Positions 21,567 through 31,651 of a stretch of DNA of 64,000 nucleotides are shown piece after piece (positions within the stretch are counted from its first letter, which is position 1; each line of letters starts with the position of its first letter). A program made the translations under genes and the position numbers. Where the stretch lies: contig NW_008246068.1 in the NCBI RefSeq assembly GCF_000281045.1, positions 746,371 through 810,370 of the forward strand, given 5' to 3'. A model generated the notes under the pieces. The model was not told where the DNA came from and made no database searches. It saw only the letters and a program-made list of their open reading frames with translations. This DNA comes from Saprolegnia diclina VS20 (lineage: Eukaryota).

Positions 21567-24253
21567 CTACTTTTGCGAAAACACCTTCTTCAGCGCCGCG
21601 TACGTGGCTTCGGGGGCTTCGTCGTCGACCTTGGCCTTCTTGGTCGACGCCACCGGTGTCTCGTCCGTCGTCGTGCGCTTCAACGGCGCCGTCGTCGGCA
21701 CCGACTTGGCCGCGCGTTCCTTGGCTTTCGTCAGCACCGTGTCCAAGAACGACCGGTAGAGCGACCGGAGCGGCGGCAGCACGTGCGACGGCGCGGCAAA
21801 CATGCCGCCATTCCCGGCCTTGCTCGCGTCCTCCTTGTTCAAACGCGACGACGTCGACGCCTCCGGAACCGTCCACGCGCCGTACATTTGCTGGAGAATC
21901 GAGTTGGACTCTTCCTCCATCGTCGCGGGCAGCGAGGCCACGAGCATCGCGTCGCCGACCGCATGCACGGTCGAGTAGGCGTCCATGACGAGCAAGTGCT
22001 GCTTGTAAAACAGCGCGTCGGTGATGACGACGCCGGGCACGCGGTAGATGGCGGTCGGGATCGACGACGCCGTGTCAAACACAAAGAGGTGTCCGACGGC
22101 CTTGTCCTTGGAGCCCGTGTTGACGCCGAGGAGGAGCTGGCTCGAGTTGGACGTCTTGGTGAGGCTCATGCACGTGAACGGGATCGCATAAAACCACACG
22201 ATCGAGCACGTGAGGAGCGACCAGACGTAGACGCCGACCGACGTCCGCGCCACGAGAAGCGGCGACGACGGACCGGCAAACGCAATGTCAGCGACCGCTT
22301 CCTTGGGGTACGAGAGCACGGACCGAAGCGCGTTCGTGATGGGGTCCCACAGCGTGAGAAGCGGGCCGTACGCGATCGCAAGCAGCGACCCGTCGTCCGA
22401 GAAGGCGATCGCGCCGACCGGCACCTTGCGGAACTGCGACATGCTCGCGCAGGACCAGACGCCGTCGTTGAGCGCCCAGACGCGGACCTCGCCGTGGTCG
22501 TCGCCCGTCGCGATGCGAGTGTTGTGCACACCGATGGCCGTGATGACGCGGCCCAAGCCGTGCGGCTGGTCGACGTCCGTGTTGACCACGAAGGACCCGT
22601 CTGTCTTTCGCGTCCAGAACCGCAGCACCGACTCGTCCTGCGTGCGCGCGACGGTCGCCATCGTGCGCGTCGCATTCGAGAAGCCAATGTGAGTCGCAAA
22701 TGTCCGCGTCGGCACTTCGTTGAACGTCTACACAGTTTCCACGTTTCCATATCGCAAAAAAATGACAAGTCAGCGTGACATACCGCCGACACTTGGTTGC
22801 GCTCGGTGAGCGGCACAGTGCGGAGCACACGGTCTTGGAGCGGCTCGTAGAGCTGGACGTTGCCGACGAGCGACGCGCCCTGAAGGGCGAGCGTCTGCGA
22901 CCACGGCTCGAGCGCGAGGCGGCCGTTGATGAGCGTCTTCTTGCTCGGGAGGCCGACGCGCGCGAGGCCACCGACGTGCCACGCACGCACGTCGGCCACG
23001 TGCTTGTAGTAGATGATCGAGTTGTCGACAGTCGCGACGTAGTAGCCGGCGCCGTCGGCGCGCGTCACGATCGACGAGATCGACGCGGGGAAGCGCGGGA
23101 TCGTCGTGCGCTTCCCGCTTTCGAGGTGCCAGAGCACAAACACAAACTCTTCGCCGCCGGACGCGACGTAGTTGCCGTCGGTCGAGTACGCGACCGACCC
23201 CACCGGGTGCGAGTGCCAATGGAGCTTGGTCGGCTCGGGCACCATGTGCTCGGTGAGGGAGCGCCACACCTGGATCTGACCGTTGACGTCGCCGGTGACG
23301 ACCTCGTCGCGCGTCGGGTGGAGCGCAACACTCGTCATGTAGCGGTTATAGCGCAGGCTGCGCGTCTGGATGTCGCGCGAGGCGTCGTCGCCGGCCGGGC
23401 GGCTGTAGATGCGGCTGTACTGGAGCTCCTTGCCGCCGACGGCGGCGATCGACCCGACCATCCCGGGGACCGACGACGGCTGGTACGCTGCGCCGACAAA
23501 CGGCTTGTTTTGCCCCGACATGACCTTGCGTTCGTAGTAGCCGTTGACCGTGTCGAAGAGCTGGATGTTCCAGTGCGTCGCCTCGAGCGGGTGGAGGTTG
23601 ACCGTCCACGCCGCCGACCAGTCCTTCTTGGACGTCGGCGCCTCGCCCTTGTGCTCTGCGTGCGCCTTGATCTTCTTTTCGCGGCACATTTGCGACGCGC
23701 CCGCTTGGTCGGACCGGACCGTCGTGTTGAGCGTGATCGCCAAGAGCTCGGGCGAGATGGCGGCAATCCACACGATCGGGTCCTTGAGCTTGTGGTCCGC
23801 GAGGATCTGACCGGTCGCGAGGTCCCAGAGGCGCAAGTGGCAGTCGCCGGTCGCGACCCACATCTGGCTCGGCGTCGTCGGGTGCAACGCAAAGGCACTC
23901 ACGTGGTTCCGGACGTCGGTCGGAATCGCGTATTTCGCCACTTGGCGCGAGACCCACTGCGCTTTGCGGGTCGCGTCCGGCTTGTCGGCGCTTGGGTTCT
24001 TGTAGAGGCGCTCAAAGTGCGCCTTGAGGTGCGTGTCGCGCATGCGGCGGCGCAATACCTCCAAGTCCGAGAGCGGCTCGGGCGGCCCTTCCGGCGCTGG
24101 CATGCGCAGGTACTGGACGATCTCGCCCGTCTTGGCGCTGCGCGCGACAATGGCGTCGCCGTGCGCCTCGTAGAGCGACTTGCCGTCGGTCGAGGCCGTG
24201 ATGCCAAGGCACCGCTGCGCCCGCGTGCATGCGCTGCTGAGCTTCTGGGCCAT
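21567..24253 (-). CDS. WDR75: WD-repeat protein WDR75/UTP17 (SSU processome); intron 22728-22783
   Basis: TKLHWHSHPVGSVAYSTDGNYVASGGEEFVFVLWHL..KRTTIPRF, QLYEP..DR.L....TERNQVS, FSDDGSLLAIA..LTLWD, FAAPSHVLPP near the C-terminus. Confidence 0.87.
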
Positions 24254-25149
24254 TTTCAAGAGATGCTGATGGATCCACGGTCGCAGCCAGCAAATGAATG
24301 GCCATTGCGGGAACCAATCACCAACGATGCCAACCGGTTGGCATTTATTTTTAACTGTAACCGGTTTGGCCATCGACCGCTGGGCCTGCCACGTCACGTC
24401 CTTCCATGCGATCGCAAGCTCGAGACGCATACCGGTTCACCACGCGACCGGACATCCTCAGGATCGTCAGGTGGCCACTCCTCGCCAACGCATGAAGAGT
24501 CTACAGGCGAGTGAGAGCGTTAAACCCAATACAAATGTCCAGCAGCTGCAGGCACGTCGGTATGTTTGGTGGTGGCGCGACGAACCTCTTGAAGGTAATA
24601 CGCCGCTTTCGAGACCCGAAAGATTGACAAGTCGCATCGACGGCAACTGCGTCAGCGGCCTGTACATCGGCTTGACCACTGCGGAGCAACACGCTTGCAA
24701 TGTCTCGGGCGTTTTCAAGCGCTCAATCACTGCTCCTTTGGCCGCTCGTTCACATCAGCAACGTCACATGCGCCGTGTTGATGTACCTTGGATTTTTGGA
24801 CGCCGTGGACCTCATCGTTGCTGCCTCCGTAGGGTGCCCACGCACAGATTGTCGATATTTCTTGTCAGCGACAACCGAATTGCGGGATTAGTGCGGCGAT
24901 TACGGTCCAAATGAACGGCGTTGGGCCGTATACCGATGCTACAACGCTACTCGTGTTGGAGATCGTCGTCTATGCGAGTTGAAGATCGTCTGCGCCGAGT
25001 GTACGAGAAGGTTTGCAACCAGCACAAGATGCTGCTTCGATCAGCACAAAAATCGTCGACGATGTTCATTCTTGTTCCAGAGTGATGTTGCTTTCAATGG
25101 CTCACCGAATTGAACTCACTTTGCCTTTTCCCCACTCTCCAAACTCCTC

Positions 25150-25716
25150 ATGTCGACCACGCTGCGCTCGTTTGCTGCGCTCGGCGTCACGCTCACGGCC
25201 ACGGGCCTTCTCTACGCGCAGCTCACCGTCAAGTCAGCGTCCTCCCAGTTTCAGCCGACGCCGACGCTCGCGCCTTACAAGGCTGCGCATGTGGACGTGT
25301 TGACGGCGCGAATGGACGCACCGGTCGACTTGGCCAAGTTTGCGAGCTGCTTCTTCCGGTCGCCCGTGTTTCAGGCCGAGCGGGTGGTGCTGCGCCTCCT
25401 CGGCTACGGCGCGACGACCGACGATGCGATTGCGAATCTCGCGTTTGAGCCCAACGACGCCGTTGTCGTCTTCCGCGTCGTCGAACGCACGCCGGACGAG
25501 GTCGTTCTCGCGTGGGCGCTCTCGGACGACACGCGCGGCCACTCGTGGCTGCACGTGGCCGACGACGGCCGCTCGGTCGAGTACGCGACGACGTTCGCAC
25601 CGACCCGCGCCATGCACTATGCGCTCGTGCCCTTCCACCTTGTGTACGCTCGCATCGTGCTGGCTGCCGCGCGCTACCAGTACAACAAGGAGACCGTGCC
25701 CATTTACGAACCCTAG
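25150..25716 (+). CDS. Hypothetical protein with N-terminal hydrophobic helix, 188 aa
   Basis: Intronless ORF with host-like codon usage. Contains FFRSPVFQAER, FRVVERTPDEVVLAW and LVPFHLVYARIVLAAA blocks. Confidence 0.75.
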   Translation: MSTTLRSFAALGVTLTATGLLYAQLTVKSASSQFQPTPTLAPYKAAHVDVLTARMDAPVDLAKFASCFFRSPVFQAERVVLRLLGYGATTDDAIANLAFEPNDAVVVFRVVERTPDEVVLAWALSDDTRGHSWLHVADDGRSVEYATTFAPTRAMHYALVPFHLVYARIVLAAARYQYNKETVPIYEP

Positions 25717-26048
25717 TCTCTTGACCCACCACGTACTACTTTTATCTAACAATGCATACATCGAATTGCATCTTCCTTGGCTAGCATCGGCGATGACTAT
25801 GTGGCGTCTGGATGCGTCGATGGAGGTGCGAGCAATACTGGCGCATGCGTCAAGGCTTGGAGATACATGATGCGTCAGTGTTAGCGCTCGATACCGTGAA
25901 TGAGCTACGAGTCCAGGTGTTGTTTAGGACTCGAGGTGGCAGAGACCAAAGCCTCTCGACCTGTCCAACTCGAGGACATGAGAAAAGTACCGTGCCCCAA
26001 ATGGCAGTCTCGTGTTGAATTGCTAAAGGTAGGGGGCAAAAGGGCGAC

Positions 26049-26825
26049 TTAGAAGCGGGCGAGCGTGTCGAGGAGCGGAATATCCGAGACCTTGGACATG
26101 TACTCAATGTACTCACGGACCTTGGGCGGCCACGCGACGCCCTGGACAATCGTGAGCCCACGGAGACGACCGAAAAGGTCAATGTCGTCGTAGCTCAGCG
26201 TCTCGTTGACCGAGTGGGGCTTCTTGAGCATCGCTTCCAGTTGCAAGAGGAACGCGTTCAGCTGCGCAACGTACGTGGCGCTGTTGGTGATCGCGTCGTC
26301 AAAGGACCCGATCGTCTTTTCCTTCTTGTTCTTGTAGTAGTCGCGCGACGCTTGGGTCGCAAACTCGGCAAAGAGCGTCGCGTGGAAGCGCGGGTGGTAC
26401 AGGTACCGCATGCACTCGGCCGAGTCCTTGATCCACGCCTTGAGGTCGGCCCGCGTCGCGTCGGCCTCGGCCAAGATGACCTTTTCGCCATAGGTGGCGT
26501 CGACGTAGCGGACAATGTCCATGGATTCGGGCATGACCAGGCCCGACGGCGTCTCGAGGATCGGGACGACCTTGGCACCGACAAGCCCGATCGGCGTCGC
26601 CTCGTCGTGGTTGGCGAGGAAGACGAGCTCGACCGGCAGGCCCTTCAGACCAAAGATCATGCGCGTGCGCACGCAGAACGGGCAGTGGTCGTAGATGTAG
26701 AGCCGCGGCAGCGCCGGCGCGGCCTTGGCCGCCACCTTCTTGGACGCAGCGGCGAAACCGAGGCCGGCGCCGACGGCGAGGCTGCTCGCGAGGCTCAGGG
26801 CAATGGCGGCCTTCGACTTGGTCAT
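26049..26825 (-). CDS. grxB: Glutaredoxin 2 (GrxB family) with N-terminal hydrophobic extension
   Basis: LYIYDHCPFCVRTRMIFGLK...VELVFLANHDEATP..LVGAKVVPILE...MPESMDIVRYVD; EFATQASRDYY..KKE..IGSF; LSYDDIDLF..LRGLTIV.G..WP closely follow E. coli-type GrxB. Confidence 0.92.
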   Translation of the reverse strand: MTKSKAAIALSLASSLAVGAGLGFAAASKKVAAKAAPALPRLYIYDHCPFCVRTRMIFGLKGLPVELVFLANHDEATPIGLVGAKVVPILETPSGLVMPESMDIVRYVDATYGEKVILAEADATRADLKAWIKDSAECMRYLYHPRFHATLFAEFATQASRDYYKNKKEKTIGSFDDAITNSATYVAQLNAFLLQLEAMLKKPHSVNETLSYDDIDLFGRLRGLTIVQGVAWPPKVREYIEYMSKVSDIPLLDTLARF

Positions 26826-27524
26826 GCTTGCGTCAAAGTGAAAATGAACGCCTCACGTCACATCGCCTGTGATTGGCCAAAATTAAGATACCGAATTCGG
26901 CGCCCGCCGACCAGAAACGCTCGCGATTGACTGCAGCCCAACCACGGTGGCCCTGCGTGGAGCAGAGGAGGGACCGCGTGGCTCGCCTTTCGTGGACGCT
27001 GTCCTCGAGGCGATGGCTTGCAGAGCAAACGCGACTGGGTTGCTACGACGACCCATGTGCGATACCACAGGACTCGCGAGAGCGGATGCTCGCTTGCCCC
27101 AACGTGAGCAACGGGGCTCAGCGCTGCAAGGATCTAGTTGCTACGGCCTCACGAACAAGCCGCCAACCTAGCGTGGTTTGGCTGTTGATGCGCGGTCGGA
27201 CATTCGCCTTGTTAAACGTTATTCCTTGGTGGTCTTGCGTGTCGTCAACGACAGACTAGATTTCCGGCCAGCCAATGAACACGCAGATTATGTAGTATAC
27301 ACTGTTTTAAACACTGGAGGCCTAATGCTTTTGCCTCAAAGTCGGTATCCCGCAGTGACTTGACGCAACATCGAGCGACTCGCAGCGATGCACGAGACGG
27401 AGCGACAGTTTGTCACTCTGCTCGTCCACCGAGCCGACTTGAATGGCATCGAATGCGTGGTGGCTTCATGAATTGTATAATACAACATTGCTGTATTAAA
27501 CACATTTAAAACGTAAAAAGTGCA

Positions 27525-28478
27525 ATGTCAGCCATGGCATCGCGGCCAGCGCGGTCGCTGCGCCTGTTGCTCCTGGGCCTTCTCTTCATGGCCACGAGTC
27601 TGCTCCTGCTCTATGCTTCCATCGTAAGCAAGTCGACATCCGAGGCTACCTTGCTGCGCCGGCGTCACCCCAGCACGTCTCTGCGCCGCGACAAGGTGGC
27701 GTACATGTTATATGCCACCGACACGGTCACGGCCTGCAATGCACTTATCATGGCCAAGCAGATTCGGCGCCTCGGAACACCCTCCTCGATCGAGATTGTG
27801 CTTTTGGTAACTGACAAGGTGGCCGACGCGACGCTGACCGCGCTCGAAGCCGACGGCACGCTTACGCTGCAGCTCGTGTCGCCGTGGGTGCAGACAAATG
27901 CCAAGCACTCTACGTGGTCGTCGTCCCTCACTAAGCTCCGCGTCTTTGCGTATTATGGCTACGACAAAGTCATCTACCTCGACTCGGACGCATGGCTGCA
28001 CCGCAACTTGGACCACCTCTTTGACTTAAGTGACGCTGCGATGTTTTGGGCGCCGAGAGCGTACTACCGCCCGCCGCCCACGATCGCGTCGACGTTGCTC
28101 GTGTTGCGGCCGTCGTCAAAAGCGTTTGCGCAGCTGCAGGCCGCGGTGACGACGCAGTTTGCAGCGATGGCCGTCTACGACATGGACGTGCTCAATGCCA
28201 TGTGGCCGGACGCGCGCGGCGTGCTCCCGAGCCACTACGTGGTGCTGAACGGCCACTTGAACTCGAACCTGACGCTGGACTTCGACTCGGTCGACGCGCG
28301 CATCAACGCCACGTACGTGACGCACTTTTCGTCATCGCCGGATGGCAGCTATGGCAAGCCGTGGAGGGTCGAGAAGAAGAAGATGCGACGACAGCCCGAG
28401 TGGCACCCGCGCTTTTACGCGCTCTTTGAAGCGTACTGGCAAAGCCAAGAGCTCTACTGTCCGTGGCTGCACCTGTAG
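27525..28478 (+). CDS. Glycosyltransferase family 8 (glycogenin/GNT1-like), type II membrane
   Basis: N-terminal TM; SLTKLRVF...YDKVIYLDSD (DxD)...NLDHLF, YDMDVLN, THFS...KPW. Confidence 0.88.
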   Translation: MSAMASRPARSLRLLLLGLLFMATSLLLLYASIVSKSTSEATLLRRRHPSTSLRRDKVAYMLYATDTVTACNALIMAKQIRRLGTPSSIEIVLLVTDKVADATLTALEADGTLTLQLVSPWVQTNAKHSTWSSSLTKLRVFAYYGYDKVIYLDSDAWLHRNLDHLFDLSDAAMFWAPRAYYRPPPTIASTLLVLRPSSKAFAQLQAAVTTQFAAMAVYDMDVLNAMWPDARGVLPSHYVVLNGHLNSNLTLDFDSVDARINATYVTHFSSSPDGSYGKPWRVEKKKMRRQPEWHPRFYALFEAYWQSQELYCPWLHL

Positions 28479-28579
28479 ATAGACACTAGAATACACAATA
28501 TAGAGAGCACTTGACATCCATTGTTTCTACGCTTATTGCTAACGCGATTTATCTCGCACAGACAGATAGTGCACGTTGT

Positions 28580-29251
28580 CTAGCCACGCAAAGCGCGAGG
28601 GGTGCCATCGTTCTTGCGGTTGCCGGTGGTGGCGCCGCTCGTGGTGGCGCCGGTGTTTTTGAAGATGTCCTTGGACTGGTCATCGGCGCCGCTCTTGGTG
28701 ATTTGGCCCTCTTTCACACTCTTGCCAGTGCTGTCGGGCATTACCTGAGTATTGGCACCAGTGCTCGTGCCGCTAGCTCCTGTGTAGCTCGTCGGTTGCG
28801 CGTCGTTTTTGCGGTTGCCGCTTGTGTTGCCACTAGTGTTCTTGAAGATGTCCTTGGACTGGTCGTCGTCGTCCTTGACGTCGGGGTTGCTTTTACCGCC
28901 GGTGTTCTTGAAGATGTCCTTGGACTGGTCACCGGTGCCCTTGACGTTGGAGTTGCTTGTGCCGCCAGTGAGACCTGCCGGCTGCGCGTTGCTGGTGGTG
29001 CCGCTCGTGTTGCCACTAGTGTTCTTGAAAATGTCCTTGGACTGGTCACCGGTGCCCTTGACGTTGGAGTTGCTTGTGCCGCCAGTGAGACCTGCCGGCT
29101 GCGCGTTGCTGGTGGTGCCGCTGTTCTTGAAGGAGACGTTGGATATGTCTCCATTGCCTTTGACGTTCGGATTTGTGCTGGCGCTGGTGCTGACCCGCAT
29201 CTGCTCGGCAGCTACCAAGGTGCCAAAGAAGAGGAACGAAAGCAGCTTCAT
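28580..29251 (-). CDS. Secreted G/T/S/N-rich repeat protein (223 aa)
   Basis: Signal peptide MKLLSFLFFGTLVAA; four DQSKDIFKNT motifs; ends RALRG. Confidence 0.75.
   Translation of the reverse strand: MKLLSFLFFGTLVAAEQMRVSTSASTNPNVKGNGDISNVSFKNSGTTSNAQPAGLTGGTSNSNVKGTGDQSKDIFKNTSGNTSGTTSNAQPAGLTGGTSNSNVKGTGDQSKDIFKNTGGKSNPDVKDDDDQSKDIFKNTSGNTSGNRKNDAQPTSYTGASGTSTGANTQVMPDSTGKSVKEGQITKSGADDQSKDIFKNTGATTSGATTGNRKNDGTPRALRG
28902..29122. repeat. 117-nt (39-aa) near-perfect tandem repeat within the secreted protein
   Basis: Units start at 28902 and 29019 and encode SGTTSNAQPAGLTGGTSNSNVKGTGDQSKDIFKNT twice. Confidence 0.9.
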
Positions 29252-29453
29252 GGAGTGTTGCTGGCGGGCGGATAAATCGAGAACTGGTGTTGCTCTGTCG
29301 GTGCCGTGATTAGCGATTGGTCGCAGAGACCGTCGCTTCGAGCCAACAACGGCGGTTGCACCAAACATCGATAGATACGCTTGATTTGGGTTTTGCGTTG
29401 TAGCTACGCTGGAAGGATTCATTTCATTTGGGTTTGCCATGCGCAAAGCCTTA

Positions 29454-29473
29454 CCCCTACCCTACCCTGGCCC
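29454..29473 (-). other. Potential G-quadruplex motif (minus strand)
   Basis: Plus strand cccc-ta-ccc-ta-ccc-tgg-ccc gives four G3+ runs on the minus strand. Confidence 0.5.
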
Positions 29474-29666
29474 AGAAAGTTCATTTCCTCCGTGGGCTTC
29501 CTTCCCTGAGGTGGAGCTGTGAAGACGCTGTGTTGGTACGCGCGTCGACCGAGTCGATGTTCAGGGTCAGGTGTTTTGGCGCGAATTGTGGAAAGGGCAA
29601 ACTCGTATCCGGAAGTGGCACGGTATCCGGAGTAGCGACGTGGCTTCGAGTGACTCTGCCTTTCCG

Positions 29667-31622
29667 ATGGCTGAAGCACCCGCCAACAACGAGGAGAGCT
29701 CGTGGTTCTCGTCGATCGTGCGCGCCGGCCTCATCTGGTACGGCGTCAACAAGGTCACATCCGTGCTGTGGGGCAGCGCCGATACGCCGACGACGACGGC
29801 ACCCGCGCCAATGACGGGGCCGTCCATCGGCTTTCAAGCGCCGTCGCCCTCGAGCATCCAGGCGTTTGACGCGACGCTCAACCCGTTCGCCAAGTTTTCG
29901 CCGCTCACGCCGACCAACGAGCCGCTGCCAGGGCACCGCAACACCTTTGCGTACGGCGTCTTGACCAACATCCAAGTGTACGCTACGCCGTCGCCGACGT
30001 TTTCGTTTGACGACGACGAGGCGTCGCTGGTCTGGGACTTTTCGTCGGTCCATTACGGCTTTCTCGAGGTGCCTGTGGAGCACAAGGTCAATCTCAACTG
30101 GACCATGACGCCGTATCTGCTCAACAATGGCACGCTCCACGCGCACGTCTTCTTCACCAAGGCCGGCTACTCGCCCAACCCGTCCGACGAAAGTAATATC
30201 CTCGATTTCTCTACTTCCTGCACCTCAGGCGCTCACACAAAGCGTGTAGACTATGACGAACTCGCTACGGTCTACAAGCGCGTCGAAATGAACACGTACC
30301 GTCCGCGGGCCAAGATCGTCAAGCAGCGCAACTTGTGGCAGCGCCAGGCCGACGAGGCCGCCGAGGTCAACCTTGACGTTGCAGTCATCGACGAAGACAC
30401 GACGTACGTCTCGCATTGGAAGCCGACGCTCACGATCCACGTGCTCGTCGACCACTCGGTGTACGCGCGCGGGCAGCCGCCGCAGCCGTTCGTGGCGCCG
30501 TACCTTCAGGTGGACCCGGTCTCGGGCAACTACCTCCCGGTACTGCACCTCAACGAGTTTTGGCTCCTCGACGAACAGCTCTTGCCGATCAACAGCAGCG
30601 TGCCAAGCCTGCCGCTCGAGGTCGAGTTTGCGGCCATTGGCATGACCAAGTTTGCCCTCTACCATCAGATGGACCAGTCGTTCAAGATGCAGCAATCGAT
30701 GGGCACGAGCTCCAAGCGGGACACGGACGCCATGAAGAAGATGTTTGTCGACACCAACCCGTACCTGCTCGCAGTCACGTTTGTCGTGTCGATTCTCCAT
30801 ACCGTCTTTGATATGCTCGCGTTCAAAAACGATGTGAGCTTCTGGAAGAAGCAAAAGTCGCTCGAAGGCCTCAGTCTCCGGACTGTCGTCCTCAACGCGT
30901 TCTTCCACCTCGTCATCTTCCTCTACCTCGTCGACAATGACACGTCGTGGATGATTCTCTTCAGCTCGGGGCTTGGCGTCGTTCTCGATTTCTGGAAGAT
31001 CAAGAAGGCCATCAAGATCAGCCGCGACGCCGACGGCAAGCTCGTGTTTGCTGGCGAAGACAACTACGTATCGTCGTCGACCGCCGAGCACGACCGCGTC
31101 GCCGTCGCGCATGTGTCGTACATCATGTACCCGCTCCTCGCGGGCTATTCGTTGTACAAGCTCATTTACGCCGAGCACAAGGGCTGGTACTCGTGGGTGC
31201 TCTCGAGCCTCACGAGCTTTGTGTACGCGTTTGGCTTTATCATGATGACGCCGCAGCTCTACATCAACTACAAACTCAAGTCGGTCGCGCATCTGCCGTG
31301 GCGCGCCATGGTGTACAAGTCGCTCAACACGTTCATTGACGACCTCTTTGCGTTTGTGATTACGATGCCGATCATGCACCGCCTCGCGTGCTTCCGCGAC
31401 GACATCATTTTCTTTGTGTACCTCTACCAGCGCTGGATCTACCGCGTCGACAAGTCGCGCGTCAACGAGTTTGGCCAAGGCGGCGACGAGCCAACGGCGC
31501 TCGAGACCACGCCGCCGCCGACAACGAACGACGAGGCGCCCGTGGCGACGATTCCGGACCGTCCGACCCCAGACAGCACGACCACCCAGCGCCGCGCCAA
31601 GACCGACCGCGTGCCGCAGTAG
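29667..31622 (+). CDS. CLPTM1: CLPTM1-family membrane protein (putative lipid scramblase); probable in-frame intron 30193-30249
   Basis: NNGTLHAHVF, SHWKP, DTNPYLLAVTFVVSILHTVFDMLAFKNDVSFW, FGFIMMTPQLYINYKLKSVAHLPWRAMVYKSLNTFIDDLFAF, YQRWIYRVDKSRVNEFG. Confidence 0.95.
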   Translation: MAEAPANNEESSWFSSIVRAGLIWYGVNKVTSVLWGSADTPTTTAPAPMTGPSIGFQAPSPSSIQAFDATLNPFAKFSPLTPTNEPLPGHRNTFAYGVLTNIQVYATPSPTFSFDDDEASLVWDFSSVHYGFLEVPVEHKVNLNWTMTPYLLNNGTLHAHVFFTKAGYSPNPSDESNILDFSTSCTSGAHTKRVDYDELATVYKRVEMNTYRPRAKIVKQRNLWQRQADEAAEVNLDVAVIDEDTTYVSHWKPTLTIHVLVDHSVYARGQPPQPFVAPYLQVDPVSGNYLPVLHLNEFWLLDEQLLPINSSVPSLPLEVEFAAIGMTKFALYHQMDQSFKMQQSMGTSSKRDTDAMKKMFVDTNPYLLAVTFVVSILHTVFDMLAFKNDVSFWKKQKSLEGLSLRTVVLNAFFHLVIFLYLVDNDTSWMILFSSGLGVVLDFWKIKKAIKISRDADGKLVFAGEDNYVSSSTAEHDRVAVAHVSYIMYPLLAGYSLYKLIYAEHKGWYSWVLSSLTSFVYAFGFIMMTPQLYINYKLKSVAHLPWRAMVYKSLNTFIDDLFAFVITMPIMHRLACFRDDIIFFVYLYQRWIYRVDKSRVNEFGQGGDEPTALETTPPPTTNDEAPVATIPDRPTPDSTTTQRRAKTDRVPQ

Positions 31623-31651
31623 AATTTATGTGATTTTGATTTCAAGACATT

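Noticed and set aside
24430..25100. Short ORFs between WDR75 and the 25150 gene
   Set aside because: No coding bias or motifs.
28580..28600. RALR as a canonical RxLR effector motif
   Set aside because: It is at the extreme C-terminus, not shortly after the signal peptide, and has no dEER.
28580..29122. Recurring ~30-nt units with variable spacing, superficially CRISPR-like
   Set aside because: They are in-frame coding repeats of a signal-peptide protein in a eukaryotic context, spacers are themselves duplicated, and there are no cas genes.
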